From Callorhinchus milii (lineage: Eukaryota), in assembly GCF_018977255.1 (NCBI RefSeq), contig NW_024704742.1, positions 2,358,001 through 2,422,000 on the forward strand: a DNA stretch of 64,000 nucleotides. The letters run 5' to 3'. Both the position numbers and the translations under genes were made by a program. Below are positions 24,840 through 38,108 of the stretch, in pieces. Numbering within the stretch: the first letter of the stretch is position 1; every line of letters begins with the position of its first letter. The notes under the pieces are model-generated. The model had not been told where the DNA came from. It ran no database searches and was given only the letters and a program-made list of their open reading frames with translations.

Positions 24840-25125
24840 AATAATAACAACCATTATAATAATCCTTGCGTTTGATATTGCGTCTTTCATGTTGGGTTGA
24901 TGTCTGAAACGCTTCGAGGGTTTTTCTCTTAAAGTCTAGTGACTGTGTGCGTTTTGCCGGCAAACGTGGCAGTCTGTTTGCGCTCAACGATTCCTACGGT
25001 TTGGAGCCAATGGAGCGCTGTGAGGAGAGAGTTGGTTGGAGAGATAGGGGGCTGCCAAGGCGTGGAAGGATTTAAACACTAGAGTGAGGATCTTGAAGTC
25101 AATCCGTCAATGGAGCCAATGGAGT
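24840..25125 (-). mobile_element. SINE 3' module adjoining an L2 fragment
   Basis: ATAATCCTTGCGTTTGATAT... then GTGGAAGGATTTAAACACTAGAGTGAGGATCTTGAAGTC (reverse L2 FKILTLVFKSFH). Confidence 0.65.
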
Positions 25126-26009
25126 TTGACATGGAAGGACTGGGGTAATCGGTGGCAGAAAGTGGTTGAAGCATGGTGCAAGGATAAATTAGGTAAACTG
25201 AGATGGCTGACATAATTTGGGGGAATTGAAGAGCAATAATGAATTGTTAATTGTACACCCCAAATCCCAGTGAGTTTTTACAGGCAGTAGTTTTTTTTAA
25301 AATAGCTCAATGGTATGTTGGGAGGACGGATGGTAGGGTGGGCATTCTGGAAGGATGAAATCAAATGGGCCAAAGGTTCTTCTTCACCCAAACATTTATT
25401 GTGATCTTTTTGTTGGGCTTTTAGCCAGAAGACAATGGGTGAAATTGTACTGAAAGGGTCAGACGTAAAAGCAATCTTCCAAAAGATTCAATTGGCACTG
25501 GTGCGGGTCTAAAGACTGGAGGCACGCAAATGTTGTTCCCAAACTCAAAACAGGTGACAGAAACATACCCATTAGGTTGATCTCAACAGTGGAACACTGA
25601 TGGAATTAATCATCAGTGAGAAAATGGACGCTTACAAGTTTGACACGGTCTGTAGAAGGAATGGAATGACCCTTCTTATTCCACCAGTCAACTGTGCTTC
25701 ATTCCCATCTGACCTAATCCTGCAGTAGGCGGTGGTGAGTATCAAATGTTCTTTATTTTCCACCTTCAGCCGTAGACTGGCGTGAACATCAACTTTCTCC
25801 AACGCATCTCTGAGTATTTAGTTTTCTTTCAAGAAACCGAATCAACAACAACAGCCGTGTGCTCAGCAACTCAGAACTGCTGCTACGCTTTCTTCGCAAG
25901 TGCAAACTTAATTTTCCATTTGTTTCTGAAAGAAAAAAATCGCTCTGAGGAAGCAGACTGGAGTACTTGTATCCTCTTATTTTCATGTGTGGCATAAAGC
26001 ATCAGTTCA

Positions 26010-26265
26010 GAGTTTAAGACATCTGACCAGCCATTCAGAAGATTGCAGATTTGAATCGCAGTCTACGTGGAATTGGCTGATTTCAGCCGAGTTAGCAGTT
26101 TTGGGGTTCAAAGACTGGCATCGACACTCAGGGGGGAAATCAGCTCAGGTTCCTGCTCCTCATCCGTAGACCTGCAGGTTGGTGGACTTTGGGCAAGGCT
26201 AAGATCAGGCTCCCCCAGTCAAGGCGTCTGTGAATCTCTACAGTCAAGGCTCCCACTTGACTCAT
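26010..26265 (+). mobile_element. Ancient AmnSINE2-like SINE remnant
   Basis: TTGGCTGATTTCAGCC...GGGGGGAAATCAGCTCAGGTTCCTGCTCCT...CAGTCAAGGCTC resembles the recalled AmnSINE2 consensus (GCTGATCTCAGCC...GGGGAAAAATCAGCCAGGGTTCC..CTCCTGAT). Confidence 0.6.
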
Positions 26266-27677
26266 AAACACTTGAACAAGATACCGGAAGATGACAGTAA
26301 AAGGTAAAGAAAAAAAGTCACATCCCTTCAGGGTAGGAAGGGGGGGGAGAAACATTCAAACGCAATGTTTTAAAATTAGGATTATGAACACCTCACCATG
26401 TTTTCGATTTAAATATTTAGATAAATGGCATTAGGAAGTAAGCGAGATGCAGACCTGGACTGCTGGCTGTCAGCAAAATAGTGCCTCCGCTCATCTGGGC
26501 AATGGAACTCAAAGCTTCTAACTTGATATTAATTCAGCTGCTTCTGAAACTCCAACTCGCGGTTTCAGTAATTCCTCAAAGCCGGTTCCCCGAGGATACC
26601 CGCAGCGCTCCTTGTTCAAAAAGTAAAATGGAACAAAGGAGGAAAAACAGTCGGAAGTTAAAGTTGATTCTTTACAGCTGCTTAATTATTGAGAGCCAGT
26701 CCCATAGATGAGCGCACCTCATTAACAGCAATGGACAGCCCAATTCGGTCTGTGAAGCTGGGAACATTTGGTAAACCCACACGGGAGGAATTGTTTGTAA
26801 GCCTGCAAATGTCACACAAGCGACCCAGGAGAGTTTGAGCGAAGCTGCAAAACATCAGCAGTTGATTGTGTTTGAGGAGATGGAGGTTAAAACAAACAAG
26901 GGAATGAAAACAGCCGTGAAGGAATCGGAGAAAGATATAATACGGTCGAGGTTACTGGTGATACCAGGAATGTGACCTCTGTGAGGGAAAGATGCTCTTA
27001 TCAATCACGGTTTTATGCATCTTCATACATTTTATAGCAGATCCATGATCATAGGTATAAGATGAATAACTTTACTTTCCGTAGCAATTCACTACTGTAT
27101 CACAACATTTCCAATATAATACAAATTGCTTTAACGCTGCTTTTTTTTTATTGCACCAGTCAGCATCATTGTGAGAAATGACAGCACTAACAGACTTATA
27201 GTGCAGCCAGAACTTTTACATTTAAGAAGTTTGTCAGTGTCTGGTGTAACCAAAACAACGACAAGGTGTGGGAAGTCATGGCAGTGGGGACTCAGATTGA
27301 AATGATAATTCTTTGGACATCTAATTGCTGAATGTTTTATGACCAACGACTTTGCTTTTGCTGTGGTTCAGACAGGTTAGACGGGGCTTTCGAAGTCTTA
27401 TTGGAGGAATGTACAACAATCAGATTATTTTGGTTGTTCAGAAGGCCCGTTGCTATCGTACGCACAAATTATGACCTCCGTTGTGGGTCAGCAGTTGTTG
27501 CCGTGGCATATCCTTCAATTATAGGGTATTTTTACTGACAAACGGAGTTGTTTTATAAAGAAGAGTAGTAAACAGTGGTAAAACGGTACCTCGTGGATAT
27601 CCATGATCAATCAATGCACTCTGCACCATGTTATTATTGATTTAATATAATGATTTAATAATTATTAACGTAATAAT

Positions 27678-28410
27678 CAGCCTGGCTCTGTTGGTAGCAT
27701 TCTCGCCTCTGAGTCAGGAGGTTATGGATCGAAATCCCATGTCAAGCGTTGGAACTCATAGTCTACAATGCCATACAAATGCATTCCTAAGGAGGACCGC
27801 AGTATCGAGGTGCCATTCTTCGGATGATACGTTAAACTGAGGTCCGTCCGCCTGACGATGCGGACATTAAAGATCCCATGGCACTACTCAAAAAGAAAAG
27901 GGAGTTTCTATGGTGTCATGGCCAATAATCCTCCAAATTAAACTGATTGATCACTTCATGGCTGTTTCTATGATAATAATAATCCTTGTATTTGATATAG
28001 TGCTTTATCACGTCTTCGAGACATCTCAAAGCGCTTCACAGAATATACTGTAAGGTGAATTGACTGTATATTTATGGGTGAAACGCGGCAGCCAATTGCG
28101 CACAGCATCGTCCCCCCAAACAGTCGTGGATTGAAGTGACCAATTTTTTTTTTTTTTTTTGTCTTGAGGGATTATTATTAGGCGTATAGAGTAAGGAAAT
28201 TTGCCCAAGGTTTCATCCTGCTGGGACTTGTACCCAAGTCTCTCACTTGCGAGGCGAGTGCTCTTACCACTGAGCTACAGGACTTCTGGGACATTGCTGT
28301 GCACGACGTTGACTTACCCACAAAATACAATCACTGCATTTAACAGTGAATCCTGTGAAGCATTTTGAGATGTTGGCTGATCGTGAAAGGGGCGATATCA
28401 AATGCAAGGA
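27678..28410 (+). mobile_element. Deu-domain SINE interrupted by an inverted younger SINE
   Basis: Head CAGCCTGGCTCTGTTGGTAGCATTCTCGCCTCTGAGTCAG, Deu core, breaks at CATGGCTGTTTC (about 27968) and resumes at TGGGACATTGCTGTGC (about 28287). Confidence 0.8.
27971..28284 (-). mobile_element. tRNA-Ala-headed SINE, short form, nested
   Basis: Reverse complement of the 7451-7771 family, ending ACCACTGAGCTACAGGAC. Confidence 0.9.
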
Positions 28411-30640
28411 GTGGCATCTGGTTTTGCTTTCATCATTTTAATCGTGAAGCAAGACTGAGTGGCGTAACGTTGCATCGGACTTGGCATCGCCATTGTCTTT
28501 ATATCTGTTCCGTGTTTAGTAAAAGCTCTAAACGTGTTTAGGACAACTTCTGTTCTGACTTGCAAATGGAAATCATGTTAATTGCCATGTGGATTTCTCC
28601 CTGTAACCAAAAAGCAACGACTCTCCTTATTTGAACCAAATAGAGAGTTGTGCCTTTTCCACAAAGGTGGCTGTTTGAAAGATGAACTATAATTGCAATG
28701 TAGTGAGGCGAGTTTGTCTATAATCTTACCAATACACCAGTTATCACTTATCGTTGTGTCTTATGCTTCAGAACCACTGGTTGTAGGAAAACCGGGAGCA
28801 GATATCTTCTTTAATGCTCCTTTCCCTTCCCAAGATATGGTTTTGTATAGAAATTACACCATAGGAGGTGGCTTTTCGGTCCATCAACTCTGTGCTGATG
28901 CTATCTCCAATAGAATCTCTTTCAGTCTCATTCCCCTTTGAATGCTTATCCATTCAGAAAGGTGCTATTTCACACTTCCCCTTTACTTGTCCATTCAGTT
29001 TATTTCACAAAGCGTTGAACACTGAGAGAGGCCAAGTGCCATTCTTAAACTCCAGCGTATCCACTAACAGAACCGAGAACCAGTTATTAAACATGGTCAC
29101 AATGATGTCGCAGGGTGGAATAGTCAGACCCTCGGAGTAATTGATTTGTGTCTCACTGGTGTCTTAACAGTTTTGGGGCATTTGAGTAGAATATATTTAC
29201 CCTTCAATTAATAATGAGAAGTTGAGTGCATTTCATGCCTTAATGAGGTCAATTTCACATTTTTTAACTTTCCACAACAAAAAATGTTGAGTGCTCAATG
29301 TTCAAAACCTGAGGGGTATATTAGTCATTCTATTAAGGAAAAGTTATTCATGAAGGATATGAATTAGACTTGACTTGGCTACACATTATTGGATTCCTTG
29401 CTGAATAAATTTTCCTCGTAATTTGATTACTTTTTTTTGTACAATATTGTGACATGGCTATTTCGGTTGTACTCATTGATTTCTGTCAGTCAAAATAAGT
29501 GGGACTTACAAAATAAAGGAAGTTTGTTGAACATTGTGTGGTGCAGTAAAACTAAATCACCAGTCAATTTACACTCAAATAGCATAAATCAATTAGGATG
29601 TGATTAATTTTAGTTTAACACTGAGAATAATAATCATCCTTGCATTTGATATAGCGCCTTATCACATCATTGAGACGTCTCAAAAAGCTTCACTGAATAT
29701 ACTGTGAGGGGAATTGACAGCATATTTTGTGGGCGTTTGCCACAAGTGTGTCTGAAGAGATAGGATTTTGAAGTGGGACTTGACGACAGAAAGAGAGGGA
29801 GCAAAACGGAGTGGTAGAGAGCGGCAGAAAAGCTGTATGGTTTTCTACCGGTGAGCTATTAACTCACACTCTCTACCTCCAGTAATCTCAAGCGTACGCA
29901 TAATCATGTCTGTTTCACCAGGCTTCGCTCTCATAAGCAAAGTAATTCAAATGAATGAATGTTTCGTTCACAGCACATATTTACTTCACGGAGATTAAAT
30001 GTATTATTTCAGAAACAACGAGAGAAGAATGAACTGGTGATTTAGTCCTGATGTCGCACGGTATTCATAAACCGCTCGCGTCCCATGCAACGGGCGATCT
30101 CTACCTGACAAGTCTCATTAAACCGTACAAACGTACAGCAGGCCGACTGAAACAAACGCTAGTTTAGCGGTTCAGATGTGGCCCTTCAACAGTCCAGAGC
30201 AGTTGAGCTGGAGATGCCCCTTTGTAGGTCAAATGGGAGCACTTGGTTACCTCAGACCAGAATTTTGCGCGGACAAAACTGCCGAAACATCAGGAAGTAC
30301 TGCAGCTTGTTATATTGATTAAGAAAATGGACGCCGCAACACCAGTCCGTTTAAAGTGGTTCAAAATGGTCTGAAATCTTTTGAGCCTTAAGAGGCACGA
30401 CCGACACCCGGTGAATTAAATACAGTTGTACCGCGGGCGTGTTTATCATATGGTTGCGCCGTGGATTTGCGGCTTCATGGAAATGTTTTCTGGAAATTCT
30501 GCTCGCCCGGCTTCCTGCACAGCGCCAAGCTGACCCGTAGACTCAGCAGCAACCGGTGGAGACACCAGGGAAAGCAGTTGTCGTTGATCAACCTGCCCTC
30601 TTGATCCCCTCACGAATCCACCCAAAGCACCTTCTGACAT

Positions 30641-31002
30641 TGATAGTAAAAATCAGCCTTGCATTTGACATAGCGCCTCATCGCATCGTCGAGACGTTGC
30701 AAAGCGTTTCACAGAATATACCGTAAGTTGAATCGACTGTATATTTTGTGGGTGAAACTCAGTCGCCACTTTTGCAGGGCAGTGTCCCACAAACAGCCAA
30801 ATTATTGTTATTTTTATTTACCTATTTGGGAGGGGTTATTACCTCCAGAAAAGCAATCGACTAACAACTGGGTTCCTGCGCACTGCCAGGTAAACAGCGG
30901 CGTGTAGATTGAGCAAACTTGCCTAAGATTTCGCCCTCCTGGGAACCAAACCCGGGTCCTCTCGCTTACGAGGCGAGCGCTCCAACCAATTTGCAACAGG
31001 AC
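30641..31002 (-). mobile_element. tRNA-Ala-headed SINE, long form
   Basis: Reverse head, extra central segment (CAATCGACTAACAACTGGGTTCCT..CTGCCAGGTAAACA) and 3' module. Confidence 0.8.
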
Positions 31003-33084
31003 ATTAATTAGCATCAACTGCAGGCCCATAAGTGTGATGTTTTTTTACAACGCGACCCATTATAAAATTTGAAGGCCCCCAAACCAGCGGGTTGTAATGG
31101 GGTCAGACTTCGTGCAACATTCGCTAAATATTATAGATTCGTGTTGTGAGGTTTCATTACGTTGACAGTAGTGTAATCTACTGTAACCTTTATGTAAATC
31201 AAATGCTGAAACAACAAACCTGTTTACACTGACATTGCTGAATCGATTCGTTGCTGAACAGATATTGGATTTGAAACACAAACAAAGCGCTGGTTTCATC
31301 TTGAAACCGAATCGCAAGGCTGATATTCCACGTAGTATGCTCGAACCGAGTTGAAATGCGCTCTGGTGTCAGGCACGTTGGTGGTTCTAACCTACAGTGT
31401 TCCCTGTCATGTTGTATTATGTCATGTCAAGTCCCCAAAAAGGAGCTTTTGACATTTGATTCAATTATGATTACCCCGGACACCCATGGAGTACAGTTCT
31501 GGATGAACTGAACACAATATATCATTTGGTGTGCCTCAGAATCCCTTCATTTCACGACTGAATATCTTCCAAAAATACCGTGGAATCTGAACAGTTGTCT
31601 GGGTACAGTCAGTTTGCGCACGACAGTGTCCCACAAACCATGATGTGAATTTATTTGGCGGGTTTTTTAGCCAGGACAAAGGGATAAATTCCCTTCTCTT
31701 CAATAGTCTGTTACATTTTTATACAACTTGCTTTCGATGCTTTAGGATGCGTTACTGAAATAATCTTCATTTCATCTTCTTTGTCCAAACTGTGAACGAA
31801 ATGGCCCTTTCCTTGGACCTGCTGAATTCTGAAGACGAGCTGAAAAGAAGAGATTTTCTGTATGTTCGCAGTAATAGCCCAGGCAGTTCTGACAGATGTC
31901 TGAAATGTTATTACAGTTCTGGGTGATCACAGTAGAATGTAGCTCGATGTAAAAAAAAATACTCCGTAAATTAGATCTCTGTGTGGGTAAACATCTGCAT
32001 TACCTCGGGCACTTTATGGATTTTCGCTGTTATATTCATCCCTTCTGCTACAGGCCTGGCTCTCTATAATTCATTGATGATAAAGTTTTTATGTTCTTCT
32101 CTGGACGCAGATATTGAGTTACTTCTTTGCAATGTTAGATTGAAACAAGTAATCAACAGAACAACTTCCAGGACAAGAAAAGTTGGCCATGGGGCTAAAT
32201 AATCATTTTGATTTCAATTTCCCTCAGTCAAGTATTTGACATTGACGGTTCCCAGAATATAATAGCGGTGACAATAAATATCCACGTGTTTTCACAGTCG
32301 CTTCAGAAGTTTCAGTACTCGAAGAACCGCTGAAGGGAAAGTATTGGCAGTAGAGACACAATTTCAACTGTATCTCAAATGGCAATACATATATTAGGAT
32401 ATATAAGGTCATCTTCAGTTAGCACTACATTAGCACTTGTAGTGCTATCAAGACGATTGGCCCGTGCTTACGGCCACCTCGGAGTCAGGCTCTGCCACTG
32501 TTAAGCGCTCTGAGACGCTATCTTGCATGGAGGACGCTGCATAAGTGCGAGTTGTTGTTGTATTAAATGAGCAGAGGGGAAGAGGGGATGTATTGAAAAC
32601 GGATCTCACTGTGATGTCTGTTCCAATACCGAATAAAAAACAATCTGCCGGTTTATAACGCACTCAACTAACACATTTGCAACTATTACTCTTTTTCTCA
32701 GCTGCAGTCAATGCTTAATCTGGTGTGAACAATAATGTGTGCTGGTGCAACTCAAAGAGTGGGGATGAGCAATTTACTGAATCTTTATCAAAACTGATAA
32801 ATATCGTTTGGCTGAGTTTGCGTTGCTTAATGCTCAGCAGAAAGGCCGGAGTGCGCTTTATTTATTCCTTTTATTCCCTTGGCGCTTACCTTTAATGATT
32901 ATTCACTTTCGTTTTAGTCGATGTGTAGCTGGTTTCTTTCAGTACATAACTGAAATGACTCGGTTTGCTCAGTGAAGCTTATTCCCAGACATCTGTCTCC
33001 ATTTATCCCTGTGTGGATGTGGTTTACTCCAGGGAGCGCGTATAAAGACATAAGAGTAGAAAGCATTGTGAAATGAGACAAGGC

Positions 33085-33480
33085 TGAATTCATGAAAAAC
33101 TCTTTGGAAGTCGAGGTACATTGTGTTTTTCAGCTTTTCGGTGTCAGTTTATGAGTTGTCCTCGGTAAAATCTGAGGTTAGTCGGATGTAGCTATCCTGA
33201 AGTCATGCTGGGTTACTTCACACAGATATTGTCAAGATTTGTCAAGATTGCTTCTGCTTATCGGTTCTAATTAGCTTTCCAATTGATGGGATCAGGTTAG
33301 TAGCACTGTATGTGCCTCTATCTAAGATATTAGCATTTTCTTCTGGAATATTGGAACCACGTTTGCTTGTCTATCAGAAATGTTTTGATTCCCTCACGTT
33401 GACCCTCAGTGCTTCACAAGTCTCTTTCCTTGTCTTAAGTACTCTGTGGTTTCTCGACATCCATCCCTGGTGAATGTTGG
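33085..33480 (-). mobile_element. Heavily decayed CR1-type reverse transcriptase remnant
   Basis: Minus-strand motifs in correct order: HRVLKTRKETCEAL, ANVVPIFQK, QHDFR, MYLDFQRVF (cf. CR1 HPRVLKE..ANVTPIFKK..QHGFR..VYLDFQKAF); frameshifted. Confidence 0.7.
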
Positions 33481-34401
33481 TGATCAGTCTCGTGTGCCTA
33501 TCCAGAACTATTGTGTTGTTTTTTTCAAAGTCCCAGAAGTATGTTTCAGTGTTAGACGCTATGTTATTCATTGCCTCTTTAATGAAAAGAATTAGCTATT
33601 TTGTTCTGTTTACTCTCTCCTGTTCATTTTCATTTCCCTTTGGGTCCCATTGGGTTTACCTTCCTCCCTGACGACCTTCTTACTATTATTATTGGAAGAT
33701 TTTTTTCCGCATTTTGTTTTATATCTGTTTCCACGTCTGTTTCCAGATCTGTTTTTACTGCCTCGTCGCTATTTTACAAGCTCGCGTGGAGCCTCACTTG
33801 TGACTACAGCTTTACAGTCTGCGTTATTCAAGTAACAAGCTGTTGCCTTGTTATGACAACTGCACTGCTGCAGCACCTCAGGAAACATCCCAATTTGCGC
33901 ACAATTTCAAACTCATTTTATAATTGGAATTAATTCACTCCCATTGCCAGCCTTGTATGCTTCCGGTAAATCCCCCTAATCTCAAGTCTTGCTGAAGGCT
34001 TGTTAGCTCATCCACTAGACGGTATTCTCACAGTCTCAAGTAAACCTGTGCACATCCTTCTGCTCGTCTCGGGTTACTTGCTTGCAATTAAGGCTTACTT
34101 TTCAACCATAGCTTAGAGGCATTTCAATACAAGTTGAAGTAAGTGGTTTCTAACCTTGTAAAGGTAACAGGTGGCACAGTTGGGATACTGTAGGCAGTTT
34201 TGGACATAGGAAATTCCATCAAATCTGAGCCTGAAAGTGCATTTTGTCTTAAAATTTAAGATGGTTCTGCATTGTGAAAAAAATCATAAATTCGGATTTA
34301 GTTTCAAACCTAGTTCCTTTCAAGAACTGCAGAGATCTGGCTTTGAATTCAAGACTGATGTCCTCACGTTCAATCCCTCCACAGCCTCACAAGTTTCCTT
34401 A

Positions 34402-34626
34402 CACCACACGCCTAATCATAAGAATAATAATCCCTCCAAAACAATAATAAATTGGTCATTTTCAATCCACGACTGCTTGTGGGACATTGCTGTGCGCAAT
34501 TGGCTGTCGCGTTCGCCCACAAACATACAGTCAATTCACTTTACAGTATATTCTGTGAAGCGCTTTGGGACGTCGAGAAGACGTGAAAAGCGCTATATCA
34601 AATGCCAGGATTATTATTATTATTAT
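34402..34626 (+). mobile_element. tRNA-Ala SINE family copy lacking the head
   Basis: CCACACGCCTAATCATAA..ATAATCCCTCC..3' module..(TTA)n. Confidence 0.85.
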
Positions 34627-34631
34627 GTATT

Positions 34632-34940
34632 ACCCACATTCTACCTCTGCAACCTCCTGCGAAGCTCCCTCAGCTTAGTCAACATTGCAATGTTTCACGT
34701 CCCCTTCCTGATCTACCCCAACATCACTCGCTGGCCATTCAGTCATTCTGCCCCCGCTCTCTGGAACTGCATCTCAGAGTCCCCCTGCCTTGCCCTCGTT
34801 TCCTAGCTTCGAAACATATCTTAAGCTCTAACTTTTTGACTGTATTTTTGGCTACCGTTTCCCCCCCTTTCCACTTTGGGCTCCCAGTCAGTCGTGTGAT
34901 GCACAGGGAGTTGTCCTCCAGACATGAAAGTGTGATGTAA
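34632..34940 (+). mobile_element. Degraded L2 3' end
   Basis: Decayed WPFSHSAPALWNCI motif and tail variant TGTCCTCCAGACATGAAAG. Confidence 0.7.
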
Positions 34941-36044
34941 CTGTACGTCATTGTACGTCAAGTAACACTAAATATTGATAATGATAGTTGATATTGATAA
35001 GAGTTGCCATTTTTTTAAAATAAGAAAAAATAGACAGACATCTACTTAAGAACAGAATCAGAAGCTATCCAGATAGAGGCAAACCGAGATTAAAACTCCA
35101 CAAGACGTAGTAATTCTATGTTCTATTGGGTCAGAAAGTGTGTGGGGGTGAGAAATATTATCTGTAAAGGGAATTCGACTCATTTCAATGGGATGGAAGA
35201 ATACTACGGTGATTGATTAGTAAGTAACACAGTACCAGTGTCAGGCAAGAATACACTATTTGTCCATTTAGCTGCCCGTACAAATACTCAGGAGATTCCA
35301 TTGATCCTTCGCCCTCTCTCATCTAATTACTTTAAATTCTGTGCACTTCCAGCAACCTGTCTTGTTCCTTTGCATGTCCAGCCTACAAAATACACAGTCA
35401 CTACACTTCACAGTAAATCCTGCGAAGCGCTTCGAGACGTCTTCCTGATATGTAATGAAACACGCTTTACCAAACGCAAGGATTTACTTATTATTAAATG
35501 AAGGAAGGAAATGCCAGGAAGAGGTGGATCAGTGATTTTTTTCTGAGTTTTCATCTGACTGCTGCATTTTAAAACAAAATCTTATTCCCATCCACCAATT
35601 TAGAAATAAATTATTCAAGATATGCACTTAACCCCCGTTAACCAATGAATCGGTGTGTATATTATCTGCTTAAAACCTTTGAGTGCTGCAGATTTGTTTA
35701 CTCATCCACTATCGGGTTGTGAGGACTGAATACAAATGTACTCGCCGGTAGCAAACGCCTGGATTTGACCTAGTTTTCCTACCACTGACTGACTTGATTG
35801 CATATATGTCAATCTTTGGTGCCTCAGATTTGCACTGATTTAGAGCTCGACGCTTGCCAACTTTAGCTTTGTTTCCATCTTTTAAAATGGACTGTCGGGC
35901 CAGAGAAGAAGACCAAAGGTGAGTGAAGAGCTTTAAACTTCGAAGGGGTTCTGCAAAATTAGCCGGAGCGGACGGACGATTGGCGGAAAAAACGTAAAGG
36001 ATGGCTTGGAAGTTTAACATTTTATTTAGGGGTGCAGCGACTTA

Positions 36045-36262
36045 GGGATGCCGAACGAGAGGACGTAGGTTTTAGATTTATAAAGGGCAATTTCACGACA
36101 GACACCTGGAATCTTTTCTTTACCCAGAGGGTGATTAACAACTGGATGAGGACTTCAGTAACAGTGGTGGACAGGACACTGTACTGATTTAAAACAGTTT
36201 GATGAAGTGATGGTAATATGATCGACTGGGGACTGGAAGAATGAGCAAAGATGGGCCTAATG
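36045..36262 (+). mobile_element. CR1 3' fragment
   Basis: ACGAGAGGACGTAGG...TTCACGACAGACACCTGGAATCTTTTCTTTACCCAGAGGGTGATTAAC...GATGGGCCTAATG. Confidence 0.75.
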
Positions 36263-36539
36263 ATCCAAACCAAACTTATACCCTATCGGGTCCTGTTAAC
36301 CCTGCAAACTAAAGCCCCAATGGATAGAGTGATCCTAGCCATACAAGCAGTTGAGGGACATAATTACAGTCTACAAAATGCACAGTCACTACACTTCACA
36401 GCAAATCCTGTGAGTTACTTTGAGACATCCTCCCAATGTGAAAGGCGCCACATTATATCAAGGGTTCTTATTATTATTCATAACACATGAATAATGCGTT
36501 TGGTACCAGAGAGTAATCACCACCTTTGAGATTGTATTC

Positions 36540-36650
36540 TAATAATAATAATAATAATAATAATAATACATTTGTTATAGCTCCGTTCCATCAGGAGGAC
36601 TTCCCAAAACGCTTCACAAGAATATAATGAAAGTGTTGCAACTGTGTGAA
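36540..36650 (-). mobile_element. SINE 3' end with a long (TTA)n tail
   Basis: About 9 TAA units followed by the reverse tail CAGGAGGACTTCCCAAAACGCTTCACA. Confidence 0.75.
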
Positions 36651-37684
36651 AAAGGAATGAAACAACATTAGAAGAGGAGAGAATTAGTTGCTTATCTGTT
36701 TTAAGTGCTCTGAGACACTACCCTGCCTGGAGGGCGTTATATACGAGCAAGTTGTTGTTGTTGTTGTTGTATCTAAATTCCCCATTAGGGCCTGAACACT
36801 TTGGTGAAGTTGATGAAGTATAAGGTAGATGGGCGCGTGGTTTATTTTTCCTTTCCATTTCCAAAGAGGAGGAGTCGTTTCCACTGTAAAATTGGACGCT
36901 GAGTTTACACCGGAGATGTTTTCTCTCTTTACCGTGTCAGGGTTACCTTTTACATTCCGAAACTCAACCTGTTGCCAACGAACACCCCAGCTGGCCGATC
37001 TATGCTGGGACCACGCGTTCTTCAGGTGCCGTCCATCAAGGCATCAGTAACAATGAGCAAGCTTTATTCTGCGTGTTGTTGGACTGACCAAATATCAAGT
37101 GTCAGCTTCTTTTTGCCTTCGTGTCACAGCTTCCCATCAGCGTACACAAAGCCGGGTGCAGTTGTTTGTCCATTTGTGACCTTCTTTGGTATTTCGCTGA
37201 CGGGTTTCTAAATGTCACGCCATGTGCTCTCTTTCAGAGCCATTCTGCTTGCTGCCTGTGCATCCGGCTTAGATACTTCCCTTATTATGCTAAAATCCTA
37301 TTTATTTCACGCCTACAATAAAGTGCCGTGCCTGTGTGACAGCTTCTGCGATTTTAATTGCTGCGCTATCGCTGAAATCCAGATAACATCGTTGCAGCAA
37401 GGACGTACTGTAACTAAAGTGCCTCCATTATTTATGAAAGGTTAAACGTTTGGGGGTGGAGGATGTGCCGTTTAATAAACAAAATTAATCAGATATTAAT
37501 TTGTTGTGCTATAATACAGCAGCGGAAACATCAACGGGAGTGTAAATGTGATTCTAAATTTTAATTCCTTTTACTGTTATTACTTGTTCACTGACTTGGC
37601 TGCTGCTCTTTTCACACACGTAGGGTACAGCATTGAGCATTTCTGTTGCGTACATTTTAATAGGTAATTTGATCCAATCCTTGA

Positions 37685-37810
37685 GGGAGAAGGAAACAGA
37701 GGTTTAGGAGAGAAGGGATGAGGAGGAGTGGGGGTTCAAATGAAGTGTAAATACTGGTGTGGACTGATTGGGCTGAATGGCCTGTTTCCGTGCTGTAACG
37801 CGTTATGTAA
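37685..37810 (+). mobile_element. CR1 3' tail
   Basis: TTGGGCTGAATGGCCTGTTTCCGTGCTGTA..ATGTAATTCT. Confidence 0.7.
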
Positions 37811-37854
37811 TTCTGGGTAAAAATGGTACCACTCCTCAATCACCCATTAATCCA

Positions 37855-38108
37855 CTCAGCCACACAATCTGTCTCAGCATCACCATCCATGAATGCACAC
37901 TCCACCTTACTGAGCCAGTCCGGAACTTTGGCATCTTATTTGACCCTCAACTATCCTTTCTACCCCACATGCGTGTGCCACGACCCGCTCTGCCTTCCCC
38001 CCACCTCCGCAGCGTCGCCACTGACTGAAACGCCGACTGTCCAGCAACTTGGGACGTCCTCCCCGACGTGAGAGGCGCTGTGCACATGTAATTTTGTAGT
38101 TGTTGTTG
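37855..38108 (+). mobile_element. L2 fragment with 3' tail
   Basis: Encodes VRNFGILFDPQLSFLPH (L2 VRNLGVxFDxxLSFxxHI motif), then the L2 tail with (TTG)n. Confidence 0.75.

Noticed and set aside
32420..32447. Perfect 10-bp inverted repeat TAGCACTACA...TGTAGTGCTA as a miRNA or terminator
   Set aside because: Too short for a pre-miRNA, and a bacterial-type terminator is irrelevant here.
34237..34806. Longest ORF in the track (189 aa)
   Set aside because: Reads through a SINE (YYYYY from the TTA tail) into an L2 relic; not a gene.
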